From: Podarcis filfolensis
Lineage: Eukaryota
Assembly (NCBI GenBank): GCA_964270895.1
Contig: OZ185437.1
Reading direction: 5' to 3' (one strand)
DNA length: 64,000 nt
Positions 54,038 to 64,000 of the stretch are shown piece after piece. Positions within the stretch are counted from its first letter, which is position 1, and every line of letters starts with the position of its first letter. The position numbers and the translations under genes are program-made. The notes under the pieces are model-generated. The model ran no database searches, was not told where the DNA came from, and saw only the letters and a list, made by a program, of their open reading frames with translations.

Positions 54038-54487
54038 TAGCCCAATGTGGTTGCAGGAGAGGTTGATGTGAGTCAGAGCTGTGTTCTGAGCAAGGACCTG
54101 AGAGAAAAGGGTGGCCGTTGGCTCTGACAACTCATTGCCACCCAAGTGAAGATTTGTCAGAGTGTCGTTAGCCAAGAGGGCGTGGCAAATGGCTTGGCCT
54201 CCCTCATCCTCAATGCAGTTGAGACGCAGATTGAGGGACGTCAGAATGGAATTCTTGGACAAGGCGTGAGCAATCGCCTGGGCTCCTTGAGCACGGATCC
54301 TGTTATCACAAAGGTTAAGGGTTACTATCTTGCTGCGGTTGATCAGTTTGCCAACAGCTCGTGCTCCCCGGTCTGCTATCAGATTGTGAGATAAGTTTAG
54401 TTCTATTAGCGAGGGGTGGTCTAATAGTTCATGGATCAGCACACGAGATTTTTCGTCATCCACTTTGCTTCGGGACAGTTTGAAGAC
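54038..54487 (-). CDS. TCTE1: TCTE1/DRC5, third coding exon (leucine-rich repeats)
   Basis: Acceptor CTGCAG|; VFKLSRSKVDDEK...LNLRLNCIEDEGGQA...LSCNHIGL; donor CTA|GTACGC; 450 nt. Confidence 0.95.
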
Positions 54488-56392
54488 CTGCAGCAGAAGA
54501 ATAAGGTTACACGTTTTGATAAAGAAAAATATTTCAGACAATTTTTATTTTATTTGTGCCTTGAACCACTCAGTTTTCACTGAAAGGCAAGGGGTTTGGA
54601 CAGTTCATTGCCTTAGCTGTTTTTTGAAAAAGTTCACATATCAGAAGCAATAAGCGTAACCTGTATTTCCGGTAAAAGGCTTTTAAACTGCTCTAACAAT
54701 CTGGAACCACAAGGAATTGTCTGAAAGGCTCCGTAGTTCAGACAGCAAGTCTGTGGTTAATTTTGCCTAATTTTCTCAGAAATATTGGAATTTAGAATCA
54801 AAGATTTCTCCATTGCCCCTAAGCAGGCTCAAGCCTTTATGTGATCTAAGCTGGCAGGTAGAGGGGTGGTTCAGTCATCAAGAGTGAGATACAACACAAG
54901 TCTTTCAAGTGTTATAAGCCAATGGATAGCTTTTGTACACTACTGAGGGTGGTTTGAGGGTGCAGAGTTGAAAGGTCATTCCACCCATCCTCTTATTTTT
55001 TTAGAGGAACTGTAGGTCTCTAGCAACCAGTAGCGGCTATTGCTTACCTTGCTTCCTCATTTAACCCTCTTATGCAGATGTCTAGATTATAAATATATTG
55101 GTGAGGAGCAGTTTGAAAAGGAACCTTAAGGCTGTTGTTTTAATGCAAGCAACATTAGGACCAAACTCAACAAGATGTGGGAGACCCACAATTCAATCTC
55201 TCTTCATTTGTTTTTTTTTCTCTTAAAGAGTTGCTAAAGAGGGCCACCCGTGTTGGATTAGGCCTGTACCGCAGGAGGAGGAAGACCTAACTCTTTCCCC
55301 CAAGTGATTTTCCTGATCTAGACTGCCACTTGAGGGAGGGATTTTGATCAGAGCAATATGCTGAAATATGTGGTTAAATGCCTCCTCTCCTGGCACTGTA
55401 GCTCCAGTCTGGTGGCTCTGTGGCTGCTTTTAAGTAAAATGGAAATGTCAAGAGATTAAATAGTGGATCTCCCAAACCTTGCCTTATTTGGCGTTGTTGT
55501 TTTTTTTTTGGGGGGGGGGTGTTCAATTTAAATCCATGGGACTTGAAGTTGAGATTTAGGAGCTTATTTACCAAGGCTTCATCTCACTGCTTTAATGTTT
55601 AAAGCTCTAGTATCATGTCATACTGTCCAACTTTTTAATTACAAAAAACAGTTCACACGTCTTCTGGGCCACGCTCCGGGGCAAGTCATATGACCCACAC
55701 CACAATTCCAACCCCCAAAAGTGCTTTTTTTCAGTGCAAGAGCCTTGCCCCCAAATGGCCACCACAATCTCATACAAAAAAAGGCATGTCCCTTTTTCCA
55801 GGCCACTTGACAGGTGTGCCACATAAGCAGGGTCAATCACATAGGTCATTTGCACATCAACCTTGCACAGCTGGGATCAGGTGGGAAGAATCCATGTAGT
55901 TGACCCCATCTACACCAGCTAAAGCTAAGGAAGGGTGGCTCCCATCACTTAGTTGTAATGGCATCTACTTCAATATAAGAGTGTTTGAGATTAGTATACA
56001 AGTATGGTGCAAAGGGGGCTCTCTGTGGCCATGGAAGTACAGTAAGCCTACACCTTATGCCCATTTGTGTGCATTCAGCTTTCCATGCTTAGCATAAAAA
56101 AGGTTAAAAAAAATAAAAAATGAGTGGAAAGGGGGCAGGCATCGGGGGGGGGGGGGGAAAGACTTTGGCAGTCCCACCCACCATTGAACCTAATGTGCTT
56201 TGACTAAATGCAATTTTGGCTTTAGGCACGATCCCCGGAATGTAACCTAAGTTGTGGGCCTACTGTACAGATGTCAGGTAATGATTTGGACAAAATTATT
56301 CACTAAAGGTTTAAAATTGTCCTCTGACCCTTGGGAACCATCATTCTAGGTTCAGGGTTTCTAAAAATTATAGAATGTATATGGCAAGTTAC

Positions 56393-56961
56393 TTTTAAAG
56401 TTGGACACTTCTTGACAGCATTGGCCAGGGAGCAGCAGTCCCGGTAGGTGAACTCAAAAAGATTCCACTCAAAATTCATGCCACAATCTTTAACGCCATA
56501 AGATAAGTGCAGCTCCTCTAGGTGACAGAGCGCTGGAGTGAGCATACTCATATCAAAATGGTCCATGGAAGGTTCATCCATTCCAGAATCACTTTCTGTA
56601 TCAGAGGCTTCTTCGTCTTCCTTCTTCTGATCTATTTTCACAGGTGGAAGGAACTGGTCGATATCTAGCTTCTTCACATATTCCTTGCAGAGTGGGATGA
56701 CATCCAGGACCTGGTTGGGGTTAGTGGTGTCTGGAATGTAGAACTTCAAGATGTTCTCCAAGTGACGTTCAAAAAACATCCGTTTCCAGCTGTTTCCATA
56801 GCGGGACACATCACAAACTGCCCATCTCGCAATGCAACATCGTTTCCAATAACCTTCATCACTAATCAGGTTGGCAGTCACAGTAAGGGGCAGACTTGTG
56901 GAGACCTTGTCCAGCACCTTCCTTTGGTGATCAGGAAGGAGGCTATTCAAAATAGGATTAC
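56393..56961 (-). CDS. TCTE1: TCTE1/DRC5, second coding exon
   Basis: Acceptor TTTCCAACCAG|; (S)NPILNSLLPDHQRK...GNSWKRMFFERHLEN...DCGMNFEWNLF...CPTLK; donor AAA|GTAACT; 569 nt keeps frame. Confidence 0.95.
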
Positions 56962-57800
56962 CTGGTTGGAAAGAAGAGAAGTGAACCTTTCGGAATGTGG
57001 TGTCTGTTTGCTGCTTTTTATAGCACCATGAAGATCTATTTACTAGGTATAGATAGATAATTTGTTTGTTTGTTTGATTTTTAAATTATCCTACCCAAAG
57101 CAAGTTACACTAACCAATAAAACAACAGAATACGCATCTCAATTATTACAAGAGAATAAGAAAAAACAGCAACACTAAAAAACTCAAATAACAGCAGTAA
57201 ATAAAACAAGCAGATAACATTTTAGCATTAGAATAGCACCAGCAGATTAAACAATTATTCAGACATAGCATCATATGTTGAAAGCAACACACATTTGAGT
57301 TTGTACAAGTTTAGCAGTGCTTCCACTAAATAAACTTGAGAGGAGTAATTTGCTGAGGATGCTAAGAATTCCATTAGGAAGACCAAGCCCTACTCCCAGA
57401 ACAACAGTTTCCAGGATTCCCTAGGAACAAATGAAAGTTTTGTGTTATACTGTAGACTACAATGCTTCAAAACAAGGCAAAAATAAAGGTATTGACTGGT
57501 TATCAAGCAGCAGCAGCAGCAGCGGGAATGACTTGGTCTAGAGCGGCAGCAGCCAAAGTGGTACCCTCCAAAAGTTCTTAGGACTACAGTTCCCATCAAC
57601 TACATGGTCAGGAAGAAAGGGAGTGGAGGGCACCACATTAGCTACCCTTGGTCTATGGAATAATTCCCTGACATTTTTAAAGAGCCATTCCACTTAGTTT
57701 TATTTTTAAAAACTCAGTCCTCAATTGCATGTATAATTGCAACCTGTGATCTAAAGGTACATTCTCAGCAAGAGAAACCAGAGGAGGATAAATTACTTAC

Positions 57801-57978
57801 TTTCAAAGTTGTTGATTATGTGCTGTATGCAGAGCTCTGTGAGCTGTGGCACTATAGCTAGACTCCACTCAGGATCCTCAGCTATAATCCGCCGCATTCG
57901 CCGAGGGTTAGCTGCTGGGTTTCTGGTACGGCTTGGGGGAGGGACTGCATTGGGGTCTGCAGCAACTGGCTCCTGCAT
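57801..57978 (-). CDS. TCTE1: TCTE1 / dynein regulatory complex subunit 5 (DRC5), first coding exon
   Basis: MQEPV...NPRRMRRIIAEDPEWSLAIVPQLTELCIQHIINNFE matches TCTE1; donor A|GTAAGT (phase 1; 178 nt). Confidence 0.92.
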
Positions 57979-60900
57979 CTTGAAGTGCTGGGGTAAAATC
58001 CCTCTCTCTCTCCTCTCTCTCTCTCTCTTAGAATGGTTTGAAAGTTCTGCGCAAACTGGAACACTAAAGTTCAGCAGCCATTCTTCCTAGAAAAATCCAG
58101 AAGTCAGTACCACTCACTGATACTAATAAAATATTTGATGTGGTGCATTATACTACAAGTGTAGGGAGGAGGAAGTCCCTTACAACTGCATTATTTAAAT
58201 CTTTGATGTAGTCCAATCAATTATTAGCTCCACCAATGCACATAACAAAACAAGGAAGGTAGACAGACTGTTTCACTGGACCAAGTTCTGAGAATATAAG
58301 AACATTTAATAACTGGAAGTTGTTTACATCAGAAGTTTGTGTCACCTTTTCCTGAGCTATTAAATGTCTCCTAAGATGAAGCAATTATATGAAGTGAGTC
58401 ATACGCAAATTGGATTTATAAGCACACTGAAGTGGTGGTTTCACATCAAAATGCAGCAGGGTGTCAGTGCAGGGGGCTCACATGATGTAAAAATATATTT
58501 ATACATTTAAAAAAAAAACACCAAGCAAGCACAGAAGAGAATCTGGCAGTCTCATTCTCCTTTCTCTGAACTAGTCCAATTTCACACACCAATCTCACCT
58601 GCAGTACCCGTATTTCTTAAGGATCATGCAGACAACATAGTATCCAAGTTGCCGTTCATCCATTCCACATCCTAGGAGTTGAAGTGCCAAAACAGAGGCA
58701 CAACACAATAGCAAAGTATAGTCTGCACATTTTGACTGGAGGGGATAGCTCTGAAGCAAGGGGATAACTGTAACTTGCCCCCCCAACTCTCTTTTAAAAA
58801 ATAAACTAGAAATGCATGCCATCACAGAACAGAGCTCAGGGCCCCCAAAGAACCAGATCATCAGTGGGGAACCTGTGGCCATCCAGATGTTGTTGGATTA
58901 CAACTCACCCCCCAATCATTAGCTGTGCTAGCTGAGGCAGGTGGGAATTTTAGTCCTGAAACATCTGGAAGTCCAAAAGTTCCCCCCTGCTGAGCTAAAT
59001 AAGGTTACAATTATATTTTAACATGGAAACCATTATAGAAGTGGGCAATCCTGCAGGTCCTTACTGAGATTTTTCATTAAAATGCTAGGTGAATACTGTG
59101 GCATAATAGGGGAATGCTCAGCCTCTTAATCTCTTCAAGGTTTAAAAGTTGAGCGTTCTCTCATTTTACCAAAGTGCTCATCTAGGCTTTTAAAGAAAAC
59201 ATGTTAAAAAAAAAAAGCTGGAGCTAAAAAAAACCCCATACAATAAGCAATACCAGTGCATCTCTACCCAGGAGTAAATCCCAGTAAGCTCAATGAGGCT
59301 TGCTTTAGATGGCACAGCAGTTGGATACGGTGTGTGAATTGAGAGTGGAAAACGTTCACGTGCACAAGACATCCTCGTAACCTTCTACAAAGACACCTGC
59401 AGTTGCGCGGAAACTAGTGCCCCAATCCGGCACACTTCTGCTGAGAAGTGCTTTGATCTTATATACTACCTTCCCGTTACAAAGAGAGAAGCCAGTGCCA
59501 CAGCAGAGATCAAGCTCATTATTTCCTTCCTGTTCATGAAGCTGCTCCATTTTGCTTTCAAGCACACATAAGAAGCAGCCTTTGGTGTGTGAAAACCCTG
59601 GTGCCTTTGAAACATTTGCAATGGGCCATTTTTCAGCCCCCAAACTGTCTGGGGTAGTGCTGATAAAAACAACCTGCTAAATCACAAGAGCAGACCTCTA
59701 CAAACCCTTTGAAGAATGCAAGTTATTCATGTTGTGTTACTGATAATGTGTCTGCAAAGGCTTCTCAGATGGTAGCAGCAAGCAGCAGGTGCCAGAGCAA
59801 AGCAAAGAACACTGAAATGAAGGGCAGGGAGAGGCCAGGTCAAATGGATACTTAGGTGTCTACAGAAATTGTGAGACAATGCTGCCCGAGGGCCAAATGA
59901 CATGGAATAATATCCACTGGAGACCAGCTAATCATAGTGGGGGTGGAAAATCAGCTATTGTGGAGCAATCACTGTACACTTGCAGGCAACTAAGATTCTT
60001 AACCCCAAAAGCCACACAGAAAACCAGGAGAATGCAACAGCTCTCATAACTGTGGTTTCTGCTCTCTGTGATTCCTCCTTCCTGCGTGAAGCCAGCCCAG
60101 CGCTGCTCCTCAGTCAGAGATCTGTAGGGCTTCTACAGATCTGACTGCTGTGACCAGAACCATCTTGTCACTCCAATCTTCATCAATCCCAGAATATGGA
60201 AGGGAGAAAACAGTTGGCAAATGCAAGAACAACCCCCTGGGGTCACGAAGCACGAAAACTCAAAAGCTTTCTGCACTTCCCAAATAGTCCAAATATTACT
60301 GGACAATAGTAAAAGAACCACTGTGCAACTGTAGCTTCTTCCAAGAGGCAGGCATGGAAATGAGTTTATTTCTATAAAGCACCATGAGCAGGATAACTGC
60401 ATAAACGATTAATAATGAGCAGGATTCTAATTTTTTTATTGGGAACAACTGTGAATTTAATTGTCAAAATGTGCATATTCAAAATTGTATTAAAAAAATA
60501 AAACATCTCATGATTAAATATTCCATAAAGCAAGACAGCAGCTGTAGGTGAATTTCAACTAAATCTCTACTGACTTTTAAAAAAGGAGCCTGCAAGTGGA
60601 GAACAGTTCATTAAAACCTCTAATGCCAGTTGTAGCTCATAAAGCCTATGGCTTGAATCCAAAAAGCCACTTTATGCAGGAAAAGCATTTCCACACATGG
60701 TCAGGGAAGTATCATTTCTATTTCCGACTGTTCTGAGGAGTACTTCTGAAATTCCCCCGAGTTTTAGGAACAGCTTAAAGGCAGCATGGAGGGCTGCTTT
60801 TAAAAAGAGAGGCTCCATTCAAAAGAAGTTCTGCTCTGTAGGCAGTTTACCACACATCCCTTTAGTTTACATGTCCTGAAACTCTTCTAAATGCTGCAAT

Positions 60901-60984
60901 TTTGTGATTATCTGCTGCAAAGTGTGATGCTTTGTTGCAAAATTCCCACGGAGTCTTATTGCTGGTGACCAAATGGCAAGCTTT

Positions 60985-61142
60985 GAGGACGAGATGGTTG
61001 GACAGTGTTCTCGAAGCTACCAGCCTGAGTTTGACCAAAAAACTGCGGGAGGCAGTGGAAGACAGGAGTGCCTGGCGTGCTCTGGTCCATGGGGTCACGA
61101 AGAATTGGACACGACTAAACAACTAAACAACAACAACAACAA
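60985..61142 (+). mobile_element. 5'-truncated BovB-like RTE LINE 3' end with 14-bp TSD
   Basis: GAGGACGAGATGGTTGGA...GCCTGGCGTGCTCTGGTCCATGGGGTCACGAAGAATTGGACACGACT plus (CAA)n; AAATGGCAAGCTTT / AAATAGCAAGCTTT. Confidence 0.85.
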
Positions 61143-64000
61143 AAATAGCAAGCTTTAGGATCCAGCAGTCATCGTCAGATGTGATGGAGCCTAGACTTCT
61201 TCCCTTTTGTACACAAATCCACTATTCTAGGGCTATCCAAAAATCACTAGTACCCTTAGTATAGCCAAAATAAAGCCTGGGTGTAAGATTATTTACAATT
61301 CAAATCTCAATTAGAAGTATGACACCACACCATGTTCTTACAATCCACGTGACAGGCATGGCATGGCACATACACTTGTCCTAAACTAATCCACCTAAAG
61401 GCTGCTACCGACAGTGGCACCACATCTCCTTATGGGGAAAGGGGGCCGTTCAATTTCCTCTGCATACAAATAAAATGGCATCAATTTAGCATCCAACTGT
61501 TTAGCATCAACCTGTGCTAGAAAACTGATTTGGTTGCAACCATTTCCAGTAGGGAAGCCATGTTAACATGTCTTGTGGCACCTTAAAGACCCACAGATTT
61601 ATTACTGCATGAGCTTTTGTGGACTACAGTGAGTTGTGATTCTGCAGTTTCAACTGCAGCCTGCCTGGGAGACTGAAATGTGAAACCACCAAATTACCAT
61701 TAATCACATGTGGACTGAATACACTGCAAACTGAAAAAGACAAGTGTCCATAGCTTTGGCAGAAAGCAGGGCTCTTTCCATCCTACGTACAGTAGTGCAA
61801 GCTCATTTGGTAGTCAAGATTAATAATGTTTTATACCTTGGGTGCTTGTTTTTATCTAGGCTTTTTTTTTTTGGAAATTTTAATTGAATAATTCTGTTTG
61901 CAATTTCATTGTTTTTATGTAAACCACTTAGAGATGTTTACTTTATTAAGTAGTATATCTGGTTTTATAGACACATAAATAAAATAAACTGCTTATAGTT
62001 CTAATAAATAAATAAAACTTTTCTGACTCTACCTATTGCCAATAATTTCTCCGCTAAAAGCTGTTTTCTATTGTACTCATGAGCTGTGTACGCTGTATTA
62101 TGAAGGGATTGCAATGTTCTAGGAAAATGAGGCAGAAACCTCAACACAGTGTTCAAACTTACTTTTTGCTTTTACAAAGCATGTGTGTTTCACTCACTCC
62201 ACATTCAGTGTCATTACAAATATAGCAGAGCAAGGTTGCTATGGTGTGATGAAGATTCCACAAGGTGTCTGAATTAACTCTGTGATCAAATGCCTGGGGA
62301 GTTGTAAGGTGCAAGGTCTTGCAGTGAGTCATTTATCACACTGAATCAATTTACAGGATCTCCTGATGCAACAATCACATATCACCATGGCTGTTCTATA
62401 CTTCATTTTCTTATTTTGTCAGTACATACATATATTCCCCTGTACTGCTTTGGGTTCACATTCATATATTCATGGATGATTGGATAACTTTCTACCAAGT
62501 TACCACATGTATGTGACCACTTAGTAAACAGATTATATTGCCCTGCCAAAGTACAAACAGGTAGTTTATGCCCCCTCCTCCAGTTTTTTCAGCTTTCCAC
62601 TTCCAGTATGGAAATGTAAAGTTCTCATTTTTTCACAGGACAATGTAGATTACTAGCATACCAAGTGGTTATACACTCAGAGTGATATGCTATTATTTGA
62701 TAAATAGCCTTTCTTATTCACTCATCATCTCAGATTCAATGAACATTGGCTGAAAACATAACTGCTCCCATAAATGGCACACTGGCATATAATATATGTA
62801 GTCTCCTTTCTTGACATTTTACATTAAACAGCATGTTAAGATGCAGTTAATTAGAAGATAGCATATAAGTGTATATGTAACTTTCCACCCACATTGTGCC
62901 TATATCAAGTGCATTGCAAAAGTACTGCTAAAAGAGATGCAACAAAATGCCAAAATGTAGTCAATTTCCAATCTATACAATTTGCGCAAGGATGTATAAG
63001 CCATAGATTTAATCATAGAAGAAAAAACATCACTGACTTTCTTCCATGTCCTTAAGTACTTCATTCAATTTTTTTATTTTAAGCTGCTTTTTAATAGTCA
63101 AGCCCTTTCAATTCAACTTTCTTTTAATTTAAGAAATAAAACCTGCTTACTGGGAAAGATTTTCTGCTTTTAGTTGCAACACAAAGTCCACTGAAATGAA
63201 CATTATATAAACCCTACCTTCTAATAGTGCAGTACTGAGTAGCTGCAACACCCACTCAACAATTGCAGGGGGTAGGGCTAGATGACCCTCGTGGTCGCTT
63301 CCAACTCTACAATTCTACGGTTCTATGCAAGCAATGCTCCAATTACAGGAGAAGGTGATCTATTTTTCATGATGTTTTTAGAAGCCTGGGAGGGGCTTGT
63401 CTTGTCTAAATTGGGGGGCAGTCCATGGGAGGTGTCTTGTCATTAAAAGTTCCCCTATCTCTCTTTCCCCATAATTCAAGCACTAAATACAAATATTGTG
63501 AAAGAGAAAGGAATTAAAATCCACTAATCAACAGCTTTGCACCATTTGCTATTCTCCAAAAGCTCTCAGTATTTCTTCACATGCACACGGCCACTTTAGC
63601 CATATTTTAAATGTTTACTGAAAAGGCTCCCCCCACCCCTTTTGCATTCCCAATATGAATTCTAGTTTGCAGTCCTGGAAATACTTTTAGTTACCCCTAA
63701 ACCACCCCAAACTTCAAGGATGGCAAAAGGGTGAGCTTTCTCCTGGCCTCTCAGTGTGTGCCTGTGGAATGGATAAAGTGACTGTTCCAAATTCACCGAA
63801 ACTGCACAAAAAGGGAACCATCAGCCTTTGGCACCTAGTCCAGAGTAATTAGAAGGCCAAGATCTCACATTTATGACAGCAGAACTGCCTGCCTCTTACT
63901 TTAAAGGAACCCCGTTCTTTCCTCAATATTATAGCCTGTGAAAATACACACACACACAGAGAAAGAGAGAATCATAGAATTATAGAGTTGGAATATATAT

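Noticed and set aside
58100-64000. AARS2 terminal exons or a TCTE1 non-coding first exon, expected from synteny
   Set aside because: No alanyl-tRNA synthetase peptide or CpG island recognised; probably beyond the right edge of the window.

Overview
Eukaryotic (vertebrate) genomic DNA, almost certainly a squamate and probably a lacertid lizard, judging from Sauria SINEs, BovB-like RTE ends and lizard-type L1/L2/CR1 debris. It carries the conserved block known from human 6p21.1: NFKBIE (minus; only coding exon 1 is in the window), TMEM151B (plus; complete CDS in 2 coding exons, ~510 aa) and TCTE1/DRC5 (minus; complete CDS in 4 coding exons, ~469 aa). NFKBIE and TMEM151B are head-to-head with separate CpG islands; TMEM151B and TCTE1 are convergent. 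Everything else is intron or intergenic DNA rich in SINEs, truncated LINEs, hAT and Tc/mariner MITEs, one solo LTR and microsatellites. I see no convincing new protein-coding system. The least obvious signals are: minimal hammerhead-ribozyme motifs in Penelope-like repeat ends (core intact in the intergenic copy, broken in the two copies lying sense in a TCTE1 intron); a stop-start (TAATG) pair of upstream ORFs overlapping the TMEM151B start; SINEs with two different tRNA heads on one CR1 tail; an order-resolved stack of nested transposons; and unusual splice sites. All gene and repeat names come from recalled sequence similarity, not from database searches.
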